From assembly GCA_964057225.1 (NCBI GenBank), contig OZ059898.1, forward strand, positions 1,054,001 through 1,118,000: a DNA stretch of 64,000 bases, written 5' to 3'. The DNA comes from Auanema rhodensis (Eukaryota > Animalia > Nematoda). This document shows positions 26,301 through 40,900 of the stretch, in pieces; position 1 is the stretch's first letter; the number at the start of each line of letters is the position of its first letter. The position numbers were made by a program, and so were the translations under genes. The notes beneath the pieces were generated by a model. The model saw nothing but the letters and a program-made list of their open reading frames with translations. It searched no databases and was not told the origin of the DNA.

Positions 26301-29300
26301 GGATTTTTAAGCAGCGTCGATCTGTGATATCAGATTTGCGCTAGCTTAAAAATGCACCGAGATATCAACTGATATAAGTTCACACTTATATCCTCGATTT
26401 TCACCCTGAAGAATTAATTTTTTCGTTGAATAACATTGTCCATCGTCTTTGCCTTGAAAAAAGGAATCTAAAAACATCTACTTTTTGCTAAATTATTTTG
26501 AAATTTTTCGAAAAAATTTTTGTCAAAATGTTTTTGGAAGCAATGTTGAGTGTACATGGAAACTCAACATACACTAATGCATCATTTTTCAAACGATCAT
26601 AACTAATTTTTGTATTAAGCGTTTCTCAATGTAATATAGTGCATTCGATGCGGATTTTTAAGCTGCGTCGATCTGTGTTATCAGATTTGCGCTAGCTTAA
26701 AAATGCACCGAGATATCAACTGATATAAGTTCACACTTATATCCTCGATTTTCACCCTGAAGAATTAATTTTTTCGTTGAATAACATTGTCCATCGTCTT
26801 TGCCTTGAAAAAAGGAATCTAAAAACATCTACTTTTTGCTAAATTATTTTGAAATTATTCGAAAAAATTTTTGTCAAAATGTTTTTGGAAGCAATGTTGA
26901 GTGTACATGGAAACTCAACATACACTAATGCATCATTTTTCAAACGATCATAACTAATTTTTGTATTAAGCGTTTCTCAATGTAATATAGTGCATTCGAT
27001 GCGGATTTTTAAGCTGCGTCGATCTGTGTTATCAGATTTGCGCTAGCTTAAAAATGCACCGAGATATCGACTGATATAAATTCACACTTATATCCTCGAT
27101 TTTCACCCTGAAGAATTAATTTTTTCGTTGAATAACATTGTCCATCGTCTCTGCCTTGAAAAAAGGAATCTAAAAACATCTACTTTTTGCTAAATTATTT
27201 TGAAATTTTTCGAAAAAATTTTTGTCAAAATGTTTTTGGAAGCAATGTTGAGTGTACATGGAAACTCAACATACACTAATGCATCATTTTTCAAACGATC
27301 ATAACTAATTTTTGTATTAAGCGTTTCTCAATGTAGTATAGTGCATTTGATGCGGATTTTTAAGCTGCGTCGATCTGTGTTATCAGATTTGCGCTAGCTT
27401 AAAAATGCACCGAGATATCGACTGATATAAGTTCACACTTATATCCTCGATTTTCACCCTGAAGAATTAATTTTTTCGTTGAATAACATTGTCCATCGTC
27501 TTTGCCTTGAAAAATGGAATCTAAAAACATCTACTTTTTGCTAAATTATCTTGAAATTTTTCGAAAAAATTTTTGTCAAAATGTTTTTGGAAGCAATGTT
27601 GAGTGTACATGGAAACTCAACATACACTAATGCATCATTTTTCAAACGATCATAACTAATTTTTGTATTAAGCGTTTCTCAATGTAATATAGTGCATTCG
27701 ATGCGGATTTTTAAGCTGCGTCGATCTGTGTTATCAGATTTGCGCTAGCTTAAAAATGCACCGAGATATCGACTGATATAAATTCACACTTATATCCTCG
27801 ATTTTCACCCTGAAGAATTAATTTTTTCGTTGAATAACATTGTCCATCGTCTTTGCCTTGAAAAATGGAATCTAAAAACATCTACTTTTTGCTAAATTAT
27901 CTTGAAATTTTTCGAAAAAATTTTTGTCAAAATGTTTTTGGAAGCAATGTTGAGTGTACATGGAAACTCAACATACACTAATGCATCATTTTTCAAACGA
28001 TCATAACTAATTTTTGTATTAAGCGTTTCTCAATGTAATATAGTGCATTCGATGCGGATTTTTAAGCTGCGTCGATCTGTGTTATCAGATTTGCGCTAGC
28101 TTAAAAATGCACCGAGATATCGACTGATATAAATTCACACTTATATCCTCGATTTTCACCCTGAAGAATTAATTTTTTCGTTGAATAACATTGTCCATCG
28201 TCTTTGCCTTGAAAAATGGAATCTAAAAACATCTACTTTTTGCTAAATTATCTTGAAATTTTTCGAAAAAATTTTTGTCAAAATGTTTTTGGAAGCAATG
28301 TTGAGTGTACATGGAAACTCAACATACACTAATGCATCATTTTTCAAACGATCATAACTAATTTTTGTATTAAGCGTTTCTCAATGTAATATAGTGCATT
28401 CGATGCGGATTTTTAAGCTGCGTCGATCTGTGTTATCAGATTTGCGCTAGCTTAAAAATGCACCGAGATATCGACTGATATAAGTTCACACTTATATCCT
28501 CGATTTTCACCCTGAAGAATTAATTTTTTCGTTGAATAACATTGTCCATCGTCTTTGCCTTGAAAAATGGAATCTAAAAACATCTACTTTTTGCTAAATT
28601 ATTTTGAAATTTTTTGAAAAAATTTTTGTCAAAATGTTTTTGGAAGCAATGTTGAGTGTACATGGAAACTCAACATACACTAATGCATCATTTTTCAAAC
28701 GATCATAACTAATTTTTGTATTAAGCGTTTCTCAATGTAATATAGTGCATTCGATGCGGATTTTTAAGCTGCGTCGATCTGTGTTATCAGATTTGCGCTA
28801 GCTTAAAAATGCACCGAGATATCAACTGATATAAGTTCACACTTATATCCTCGATTTTCACCCTGAAGAATTAATTTTTTCGTTGAATAACATTGTCCAT
28901 CGTTTTTGCCTTGAAAAATGGAATCTAAAAACATCTACTTTTTGCTAAATTATCTTGAAATTTTTCGAAAAAATTTTTGTCAAAATGTTTTTGGAAGCAA
29001 TGTTGAGTGTACATGGAAACTCAACATACACTAATGCATCATTTTTCAAACGATCATAACTAATTTTTGTATTAAGCGTTTCTCAATGTAATATAGTGCA
29101 TTCGATGCGGATTTTTAAGCAGCGTCGATCTGTGATATCAGATTTGCGCTAGCTTAAAAATGCACCGAGATATCAACTGATATAAGTTCACACTTATATC
29201 CTCGATTTTCACCCTGAAGAATTAATTTTTTCGTTGAATAACATTGTCCATCGTCTTTGCCTTGAAAAATGGAATCTAAAAACATCTACTTTTTGCTAAA

Positions 29301-29481
29301 TTATTTTGAAATTTTTTGAAAAAATTTTTGTCAAAATGTTTTTGGAAGCAATGTTGAGTGTACATGGAAACTCAACATACACTAATGCATCATTTTTCAA
29401 ACGATCATAACTAATTTTTGTATTAAGCGTTTCTCAATGTAGTATAGTGCATTCGATGCGGATTTTTAAGCTGCGTCGATC
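17548..29481. repeat. 15-monomer block repeated at a 19-monomer offset (M51-65 / M70-84, 6669 bp)
   Basis: GGATACT at 18137 and 24806. The marker order matches over 15 monomers except one patch at M74/M75. Confidence 0.85.
21760..24567. repeat. Tandem duplication of a 4-monomer block (1404 bp; M63-66 / M67-70)
   Basis: The order 45G/187T; 125T/175C/342A; 5A/187T/312G; 140A occurs twice. Confidence 0.8.
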
Positions 29482-32400
29482 TGTGTTATCAGATTTGCGC
29501 TAGCTTAAAAATGCACCGAGATATCAACTGATATAAGTTCACACTTATATCCTCGATTTTCACCCTGAAGAATTAATTTTTTCGTTGAATAACATTATCC
29601 ATCGTTTTTGCCTTGAAAAATGGAATCTAAAAACATCTACTTTTTGCTAAATTATTTTGAAATTTTTTGAAAAAATTTTTGTCAAAATGTTTTTGGAAGC
29701 AATGTTGAGTGTACATGGAAACTCAACATACACTAATGCATCATTTTTCAAACGATCATAACTAATTTTTGTATTAAGCGTTTCTCAATGTAGTATAGTG
29801 CATTCGATGCGGATTTTTAAGCTGCGTCGATCTGTGTTATCAGATTTGCGCTAGCTTAAAAATGCACCGAGATATCAACTGATATAAGTTCACACTTATA
29901 TCCTCGATTTTCACCCTGAAGAATTAATTTTTTCGTTGAATAACATTATCCATCGTTTTTGCCTTGAAAAATGGAATCTAAAAACATCTACTTTTTGCTA
30001 AATTATCTTGAAATTTTTCGAAAAAATTTTTGTCAAAATGTTTTTGGAAGCAATGTTGAGTGTACATGGAAACTCAACATACACTAATGCATCATTTTTC
30101 AAACGATCATAACTAATTTTTGTATTAAGCGTTTCTCAATGTAATATAGTGCATTCGATGCGGATTTTTAAGCAGCGTCGATCTGTGATATCAGATTTGC
30201 GCTAGCTTAAAAATGCACCGAGATATCAACTGATATAAGTTCACACTTATATCCTCGATTTTCACCCTGAAGAATTAATTTTTTCGTTGAATAACATTGT
30301 CCATCGTCTTTGCCTTGAAAAAAGGAATCTAAAAACATCTACTTTTTGCTAAATTATTTTGAAATTTTTCGAAAAAATTTTTGTCAAAATGTTTTTGGAA
30401 GCAATGTTGAGTGTACATGGAAACTCAACATACACTAATGCATCATTTTTCAAACGATCATAACTAATTTTTGTATTAAGCGTTTCTCAATGTAATATAG
30501 TGCATTCGATGCGGATTTTTAAGCTGCGTCGATCTGTGTTATCAGATTTGCGCTAGCTTAAAAATGCACCGAGATATCAACTGATATAAGTTCACACTTA
30601 TATCCTCGATTTTCACCCTGAAGAATTAATTTTTTCGTTGAATAACATTGTCCATCGTCTTTGCCTTGAAAAATGGAATCTAAAAACATCTACTTTTTGC
30701 TAAATTATCTTGAAATTTTTCGAAAAAATTTTTGTCAAAATGTTTTTGGAAGCAATGTTGAGTGTACATGGAAACTCAACATACACTAATGCATCATTTT
30801 TCAAACGATCATAACTAATTTTTGTATTAAGCGTTTCTCAATGTAATATAGTGCATTCGATGCGGATTTTTAAGCTGCGTCGATCTGTGTTATCAGATTT
30901 GCGCTAGCTTAAAAATGCACCGAGATATCAACTGATATAAGTTCACACTTATATCCTCGATTTTCACCCTGAAGAATCAATTTTTTCGTTGAATAACATT
31001 GTCCATCGTCTTTGCCTTGAAAAAAGGAATCTAAAAACATCTACTTTTTGCTAAATTATTTTGAAATTTTTCGAAAACATTTTTGTCAAAATGTTTTTGG
31101 AAGCAATGTTGAGTGTACATGGAAACTCAACATACACTAATGCATCATTTTTCAAACGATCATAACTAATTTTTGTATTAAGCGTTTCTCAATGTAGTAT
31201 AGTGCATTTGATGCGGATTTTTAAGCTGCGTCGATCTGTGTTATCAGATTTGCGCTAGCTTTAAAATGCACCGAGATATCAACTGATATAAGTTCACACT
31301 TATATCCTCGATTTTCACCCTGAAGAATTAATTTTTTCGTTGAATAACATTGTCCATCGTCTTTGCCTTGAAAAAAGGAATCTAAAAACATCTACTTTTT
31401 GCTAAATTATTTTGAAATTATTCGAAAAAATTTTTGTCAAAATGTTTTTGGAAGCAATGTTGAGTGTACATGGAAACTCAACATACACTAATGCATCATT
31501 TTTCAAACGATCATAACTAATTTTTGTATTAAGCGTTTCTCAATGTAATATAGTGCATTTGATGCGGATTTTTACGCTGCGTCGATCTGTGTTATCAGAT
31601 TTGCGCTAGCTTAAAAATGCACCGAGATATCAACTGATATAAGTTCACACTTATATCCTCGATTTTCACCCTGAAGAATTAATTTTTTCGTTGAATAACA
31701 TTGTCCATCGTCTTTGTCTTGAAAAATGGAATCTAAAAACATCTACTTTTTGCTAAATTATTTTGAAATTTTTCGAAACAATTTTTGTCAAAATGTTTTT
31801 GGAAGCAATGTTGAGTGTACATGGAAACTCAACATACACTAATGCATCATTTTTCAAACGATCATAACTAATTTTTGTATTAAGCGTTTCTCAATGTAAT
31901 ATAGTGCATTCGATGCGGATTTTTAAGCTGCGTCGATCTGTGTTATCAGATTTGCGCTAGCTTAAAAATGCACCGAGATATCGACTGATATAAATTCACA
32001 CTTATATCCTCGATTTTCACCCTGAAGAATTAATTTTTTCGTTGAATAACATTGTCCATCGTCTCTGCCTTGAAAAAAGGAATCTAAAAACATCTACTTT
32101 TTGCTAAATTATTTTGAAATTTTTCGAAAAAATTTTTGTCAAAATGTTTTTGGAAGCAATGTTGAGTGTACATGGAAACTCAACATACACTAATGCATCA
32201 TTTTTCAAACGATCATAACTAATTTTTGTATTAAGCGTTTCTCAATGTAGTATAGTGCATTTGATGCGGATTTTTAAGCTGCGTCGATCTGTGTTATCAG
32301 ATTTGCGCTAGCTTAAAAATGCACCGAGATATCGACTGATATAAGTTCACACTTATATCCTCGATTTTCACCCTGAAGAATTAATTTTTTCGTTGAATAA

Positions 32401-35400
32401 CATTGTCCATCGTCTTTGCCTTGAAAAATGGAATCTAAAAACATCTACTTTTTGCTAAATTATCTTGAAATTTTTCGAAAAAATTTTTGTCAAAATGTTT
32501 TTGGAAGCAATGTTGAGTGTACATGGAAACTCAACATACACTAATGCATCATTTTTCAAACGATCATAACTAATTTTTGTATTAAGCGTTTCTCAATGTA
32601 ATATAGTGCATTCGATGCGGATTTTTAAGCTGCGTCGATCTGTGTTATCAGATTTGCGCTAGCTTAAAAATGCACCGAGATATCGACTGATATAAGTTCA
32701 CACTTATATCCTCGATTTTCACCCTGAAGAATTAATTTTTTCGTTGAATAACATTGTCCATCGTCTTTGCCTTGAAAATGGAATCTAAAAACATCTACTT
32801 TTTGCTAAATTATTTTGAAATTTTTTGAAAAAATTTTTGTCAAAATGTTTTTGGAAGCAATGTTGAGTGTACATGGAAACTCAACATACACTAATGCATC
32901 ATTTTTCAAACGATCATAACTAATTTTTGTATTAAGCGTTTCTCAATGTAATATAGTGCATTCGATGCGGATTTTTAAGCTGCGTCGATCTGTGTTATCA
33001 GATTTGCGCTAGCTTAAAAATGCACCGAGATATCGACTGATATAAGTTCACACTTATATCCTCGATTTTCACCCTGAAGAATTAATTTTTTCGTTGAATA
33101 ACATTGTCCATCGTCTTTGCCTTGAAAAATGGAATCTAAAAACATCTACTTTTTGCTAAATTATTTCGAAATTTTTTGAAAAAATTTTTGTCAAAATGTT
33201 TTTGGAAGCAATGTTGAGTGTACATGGAAACTCAACATACACTAATGCATCATTTTTCAAACGATCATAACTAATTTTTGTATTAAGCGTTTCTCAATGT
33301 AATATAGTGCATTCGATGCGGATTTTTAAGCTGCGTCGATCTGTGTTATCAGATTTGCGCTAGCTTAAAAATGCACCGAGATATCAACTGATATAAGTTC
33401 ACACTTATATCCTCGATTTTCACCCTGAAGAATTAATTTTTTCGTTGAATAACATTGTCCATCGTTTTTGCCTTGAAAAATGGAATCTAAAAACATCTAC
33501 TTTTTGCTAAATTATCTTGAAATTTTTCGAAAAAATTTTTGTCAAAATGTTTTTGGAAGCAATGTTGAGTGTACATGGAAACTCAACATACACTAATGCA
33601 TCATTTTTCAAACGATCATAACTAATTTTTGTATTAAGCGTTTCTCAATGTAATATAGTGCATTCGATGCGGATTTTTAAGCAGCGTCGATCTGTGATAT
33701 CAGATTTGCGCTAGCTTAAAAATGCACCGAGATATCAACTGATATAAGTTCACACTTATATCCTCGATTTTCACCCTGAAGAATTAATTTTTTCGTTGAA
33801 TAACATTGTCCATCGTCTTTGCCTTGAAAAATGGAATCTAAAAACATCTACTTTTTGCTAAATTATTTTGAAATTTTTTGAAAAAATTTTTGTCAAAATG
33901 TTTTTGGAAGCAATGTTGAGTGTACATGGAAACTCAACATACACTAATGCATCATTTTTCAAACGATCATAACTAATTTTTGTATTAAGCGTTTCTCAAT
34001 GTAGTATAGTGCATTCGATGCGGATTTTTAAGCTGCGTCGATCTGTGTTATCAGATTTGCGCTAGCTTAAAAATGCACCGAGATATCAACTGATATAAGT
34101 TCACACTTATATCCTCGATTTTCACCCTGAAGAATTAATTTTTTCGTTGAATAACATTATCCATCGTTTTTGCCTTGAAAAATGGAATCTAAAAACATCT
34201 ACTTTTTGCTAAATTATTTTGAAATTTTTTGAAAAAATTTTTGTCAAAATGTTTTTGGAAGCAATGTTGAGTGTACATGGAAACTCAACATACACTAATG
34301 CATCATTTTTCAAACGATCATAACTAATTTTTGTATTAAGCGTTTCTCAATGTAGTATAGTGCATTCGATGCGGATTTTTAAGCTGCGTCGATCTGTGTT
34401 ATCAGATTTGCGCTAGCTTAAAAATGCACCGAGATATCAACTGATATAAGTTCACACTTATATCCTCGATTTTCACCCTGAAGAATTAATTTTTTCGTTG
34501 AATAACATTATCCATCGTTTTTGCCTTGAAAAATGGAATCTAAAAACATCTACTTTTTGCTAAATTATCTTGAAATTTTTCGAAAAAATTTTTGTCAAAA
34601 TGTTTTTGGAAGCAATGTTGAGTGTACATGGAAACTCAACATACACTAATGCATCATTTTTCAAACGATCATAACTAATTTTTGTATTAAGCGTTTCTCA
34701 ATGTAATATAGTGCATTCGATGCGGATTTTTAAGCAGCGTCGATCTGTGATATCAGATTTGCGCTAGCTTAAAAATGCACCGAGATATCAACTGATATAA
34801 GTTCACACTTATATCCTCGATTTTCACCCTGAAGAATTAATTTTTTCGTTGAATAACATTGTCCATCGTCTTTGCCTTGAAAAAAGGAATCTAAAAACAT
34901 CTACTTTTTGCTAAATTATTTTGAAATTTTTCGAAAAAATTTTTGTCAAAATGTTTTTGGAAGCAATGTTGAGTGTACATGGAAACTCAACATACACTAA
35001 TGCATCATTTTTCAAACGATCATAACTAATTTTTGTATTAAGCGTTTCTCAATGTAATATAGTGCATTCGATGCGGATTTTTAAGCTGCGTCGATCTGTG
35101 TTATCAGATTTGCGCTAGCTTAAAAATGCACCGAGATATCAACTGATATAAGTTCACACTTATATCCTCGATTTTCACCCTGAAGAATTAATTTTTTCGT
35201 TGAATAACATTGTCCATCGTCTTTGCCTTGAAAAATGGAATCTAAAAACATCTACTTTTTGCTAAATTATCTTGAAATTTTTCGAAAAAATTTTTGTCAA
35301 AATGTTTTTGGAAGCAATGTTGAGTGTACATGGAAACTCAACATACACTAATGCATCATTTTTCAAACGATCATAACTAATTTTTGTATTAAGCGTTTCT

Positions 35401-37903
35401 CAATGTAATATAGTGCATTCGATGCGGATTTTTAAGCTGCGTCGATCTGTGTTATCAGATTTGCGCTAGCTTAAAAATGCACCGAGATATCAACTGATAT
35501 AAGTTCACACTTATATCCTCGATTTTCACCCTGAAGAATTAATTTTTTCGTTGAATAACATTGTCCATCGTCTTTGCCTTGAAAAAAGGAATCTAAAAAC
35601 ATCTACTTTTTGCTAAATTATTTTGAAATTTTTCGAAAACATTTTTGTCAAAATGTTTTTGGAAGCAATGTTGAGTGTACATGGAAACTCAACATACACT
35701 AATGCATCATTTTTCAAACGATCATAACTAATTTTTGTATTAAGCGTTTCTCAATGTAATATAGTGCATTCGATGCGGATTTTTAAGCTGCGTCGATCTG
35801 TGTTATCAGATTTGCGCTAGCTTAAAAATGCACCGAGATATCGACTGATATAAATTCACACTTATATCCTCGATTTTCACCCTGAAGAATTAATTTTTTC
35901 GTTGAATAACATTGTCCATCGTCTTTGCCTTGAAAAATGGATTCTAAAAACATCTACTTTTTGCTAAATTATCTTGAAATTTTTCGAAAAAATTTTTGTC
36001 AAAATGTTTTTGGAAGCAATGTTGAGTGTACATGGAAACTCAACATACACTAATGCATCATTTTTCAAACGATCATAACTAATTTTTGTATTAAGCGTTT
36101 CTCAATGTAATATAGTGCATTTGATGCGGATTTTTAAGCTGCGTCGATCTGTGTTATCAGATTTGCGCTAGCTTAAAAATGCACCGAGATATCAACTGAT
36201 ATAAGTTCACACTTATATCCTCGATTTTCACCCTGAAGAATTAATTTTTTCGTTGAATAACATTGTCCATCGTCTTTGTCTTGAAAAATGGAATCTAAAA
36301 ACATCTACTTTTTGCTAAATTATTTTGAAATTTTTCGAAACAATTTTTGTCAAAATGTTTTTGGAAGCAATGTTGAGTGTACATGGAAACTCAACATACA
36401 CTAATGCATCATTTTTCAAACGATCATAACTAATTTTTGTATTAAGCGTTTCTCAATGTAATATAGTGCATTCGATGCGGATTTTTAAGCTGCGTCGATC
36501 TGTGTTATCAGATTTGCGCTAGCTTAAAAATGCACCGAGATATCGACTGATATAAATTCACACTTATATCCTCGATTTTCACCCTGAAGAATTAATTTTT
36601 TCGTTGAATAACATTGTCCATCGTCTCTGCCTTGAAAAAAGGAATCTAAAAACATCTACTTTTTGCTAAATTATTTTGAAATTTTTCGAAAAAATTTTTG
36701 TCAAAATGTTTTTGGAAGCAATGTTGAGTGTACATGGAAACTCAACATACACTAATGCATCATTTTTCAAACGATCATAACTAATTTTTGTATTAAGCGT
36801 TTCTCAATGTAGTATAGTGCATTTGATGCGGATTTTTAAGCTGCGTCGATCTGTGTTATCAGATTTGCGCTAGCTTAAAAATGCACCGAGATATCGACTG
36901 ATATAAGTTCACACTTATATCCTCGATTTTCACCCTGAAGAATTAATTTTTTCGTTGAATAACATTGTCCATCGTCTTTGCCTTGAAAAATGGAATCTAA
37001 AAACATCTACTTTTTGCTAAATTATCTCGAAATTTTTCGAAAAAATTTTTGTCAAAATGTTTTTGGAAGCAATGTTGAGTGTACATGGAAACTCAACATA
37101 CACTAATGCATCATTTTTCAAACGATCATAACTAATTTTTGTATTAAGCGTTTCTCAATGTAATATAGTGCATTCGATGCGGATTTTTAAGCTGCGTCGA
37201 TCTGTGTTATCAGATTTGCGCTAGCTTAAAAATGCACCGAGATATCGACTGATATAAGTTCACACTTATATCCTCGATTTTCACCCTGAAGAATTAATTT
37301 TTTCGTTGAATAACATTGTCCATCGTCTTTGCCTTGAAAATGGAATCTAAAAACATCTACTTTTTGCTAAATTATTTTGAAATTTTTTGAAAAAATTTTT
37401 GTCAAAATGTTTTTGGAAGCAATGTTGAGTGTACATGGAAACTCAACATACACTAATGCATCATTTTTCAAACGATCATAACTAATTTTTGTATTAAGCG
37501 TTTCTCAATGTAATATAGTGCATTCGATGCGGATTTTTAAGCTGCGTCGATCTGTGTTATCAGATTTGCGCTAGCTTAAAAATGCACCGAGATATCGACT
37601 GATATAAGTTCACACTTATATCCTCGATTTTCACCCTGAAGAATTAATTTTTTCGTTGAATAACATTGTCCATCGTCTTTGCCTTGAAAAATGGAATCTA
37701 AAAACATCTACTTTTTGCTAAATTATTTCGAAATTTTTTGAAAAAATTTTTGTCAAAATGTTTTTGGAAGCAATGTTGAGTGTACATGGAAACTCAACAT
37801 ACACTAATGCATCATTTTTCAAACGATCATAACTAATTTTTGTATTAAGCGTTTCTCAATGTAATATAGTGCATTCGATGCGGATTTTTAAGCTGCGTCG
37901 ATC
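28780..37903. repeat. Tandem duplication of a 13-monomer block (4562 bp; M83-95 / M96-108)
   Basis: Deletion-bearing A-runs at 32775 and 37337 (4562 apart) and a shared recombinant monomer (M85/M98). The order matches except at M89-90 vs M102-103. Confidence 0.87.
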
Positions 37904-40900
37904 TGTGTTATCAGATTTGCGCTAGCTTAAAAATGCACCGAGATATCAACTGATATAAGTTCACACTTATATCCTCGATTTTCACCCTGAAGAATTAATT
38001 TTTTCGTTGAATAACATTGTCCATCGTCTTTGCCTTGAAAAAAGGAATCTAAAAACATCTACTTTTTGCTAAATTATTTTGAAATTTTTTGAAAAAATTT
38101 TTGTCAAAATGTTTTTGGAAGCAATGTTGAGTGTACATGGAAACTCAACATACACTAATGCATCATTTTTCAAACGATCATAACTAATTTTTGTATTAAG
38201 CGTTTCTCAATGTAATATAGTGCATTCGATGCGGATTTTTAAGCTGCGTCGATCTGTGTTATCAGATTTGCGCTAGCTTAAAAATGCACCGAGATATCGA
38301 CTGATATAAATTCACACTTATATCCTCGATTTTCACCCTGAAGAATTAATTTTTTCGTTGAATAACATTGTCCATCGTCTTTGCCTTGAAAAATGGAATC
38401 TAAAAACATCTACTTTTTGCTAAATTATCTTGAAATTTTTCGAAACAATTTTTGTCAAAATGTTTTTGGAAGCAATGTTGAGTGTACATGGAAACTCAAC
38501 ATACACTAATGCATCATTTTTCAAACGATCATAACTAATTTTTGTATTAAGCGTTTCTCAATGTAATATAGTGCATTTGATGCGGATTTTTAAGCTGCGT
38601 CGATCTGTGTTATCAGATTTGCGCTAGCTTAAAAATGCACCGAGATATCAACTGATATAAGTTCACACTTATATCCTCGATTTTCACCCTGAAGAATTAA
38701 TTTTTTCGTTGAATAACATTGTCCATCGTCTTTGCCTTGAAAAATGGAATCTAAAAACATCTACTTTTTGCTAAATTATTTTGAAATTTTTCGAAACAAT
38801 TTTTGTCAAAATGTTTTTGGAAGCAATGTTGAGTGTACATGGATACTCAACATACACTAATGCATCATTTTTCAAACGATCATAACTAATTTTTGTATTA
38901 AGCGTTTCTCAATGTAATATAGTGCATTCGATGCGGATTTTTAAGCTGCGTCGATCTGTGTTATCAGATTTGCGCTAGCTTAAAAATGCACCGAGATATC
39001 GACTGATATAAATTCACACTTATATCCTCGATTTTCACCCTGAAGAATTAATTTTTTCGTTGAATAACATTGTCCATCGTCTTTGCCTTGAAAAATGGAA
39101 TCTAAAAACATCTACTTTTTGCTAAATTATCTTGAAATTTTTCGAAAAAATTTTTGTCAAAATGTTTTTGGAAGCAATGTTGAGTGTACATGGAAACTCA
39201 ACATACACTAATGCATCATTTTTCAAACGATCATAACTAATTTTTGTATTAAGCGTTTCTCAATGTAATATAGTGCATTCGATGCGGATTTTTAAGCTGC
39301 GTCGATCTGTGTTATCAGATTTGCGCTAGCTTAAAAATGCACCGAGATATCGACTGATATAAATTCACACTTATATCCTCGATTTTCACCCTGAAGAATT
39401 AATTTTTCCGTTGAATAACATTGTCCATCGTCTTTGCCTTGAAAAATGGAATCTAAAAACATCTACTTTTTGCTAAATTATCTTGAAATTTTTCGAAAAA
39501 ATTTTTGTCAAAATGTTTTTGGAAGCAATGTTGAGTGTACATGGAAACTCAACATACACTAATGCATCATTTTTCAAACGATCATAACTAATTTTTGTAT
39601 TAAGCGTTTCTCAATGTAATATAGTGCATTCGATGCGGATTTTTAAGCTGCGTCGATCTGTGTTATCAGATTTGCGCTAGCTTAAAAATGCACCGAGATA
39701 TCGACTGATATAAGTTCACACTTATATCCTCGATTTTCACCCTGAAGAATTAATTTTTTCGTTGAATAACATTATCCATCGTTTTTGCCTTGAAAAATGG
39801 AATCTAAAAACATCTACTTTTTGCTAAATTATCTTGAAATTTTTCGAAAAAATTTTTGTCAAAATGTTTTTGGAAGCAATGTTGAGTGTACATGGAAACT
39901 CAACATACACTAATGCATCATTTTTCAAACGATCATAACTAATTTTTGTATTAAGCGTTTCTCAATGTAATATAGTGCATTCGATGCGGATTTTTAAGCA
40001 GCGTCGATCTGTGATATCAGATTTGCGCTAGCTTAAAAATGCACCGAGATATCAACTGATATAAGTTCACACTTATATCCTCGATTTTCACCCTGAAGAA
40101 TTAATTTTTTCGTTGAATAACATTGTCCATCGTCTTTGCCTTGAAAAAAGAAATCTAAAAACATCTACTTTTTGCTAAATTATTTTGAAATTTTTCGAAA
40201 AAATTTTTGTCAAAATGTTTTTGGAAGCAATGTTGAGTGTACATGGAAACTCAACATACACTAATGCATCATTTTTCAAACGATCATAACTAATTTTTGT
40301 ATTAAGCGTTTCTCAATGTAATATAGTGCATTCGATGCGGATTTTTAAGCTGCGTCGATCTGTGTTATCAGATTTGCGCTAGCTTAAAAATGCACCGAGA
40401 TATCAACTGATATAAGTTCACACTTATATCCTCGATTTTCACCCTGAAGAATTAATTTTTTCGTTGAATAACATTGTCCATCGTCTTTGCCTTGAAAAAT
40501 GGAATCTAAAAACATCTACTTTTTGCTAAATTATCTTGAAATTTTTCGAAAAAATTTTTGTCAAAATGTTTTTGGAAGCAATGTTGAGTGTACATGGAAA
40601 CTCAACATACACTAATGCATCATTTTTCAAACGATCATAACTAATTTTTGTATTAAGCGTTTCTCAATGTAATATAGTGCATTCGATGCGGATTTTTAAG
40701 CTGCGTCGATCTGTGTTATCAGATTTGCGCTAGCTTAAAAATGCACCGAGATATCAACTGATATAAGTTCACACTTATATCCTCGATTTTCACCCTGAAA
40801 AATTAATTTTTTCGTTGAATAACATTGTCCATCGTCTTTGCCTTGAAAAAAGGAATCTAAAAACATCTACTTTTTGCTAAATTATTTAGAAATTTTTTGA

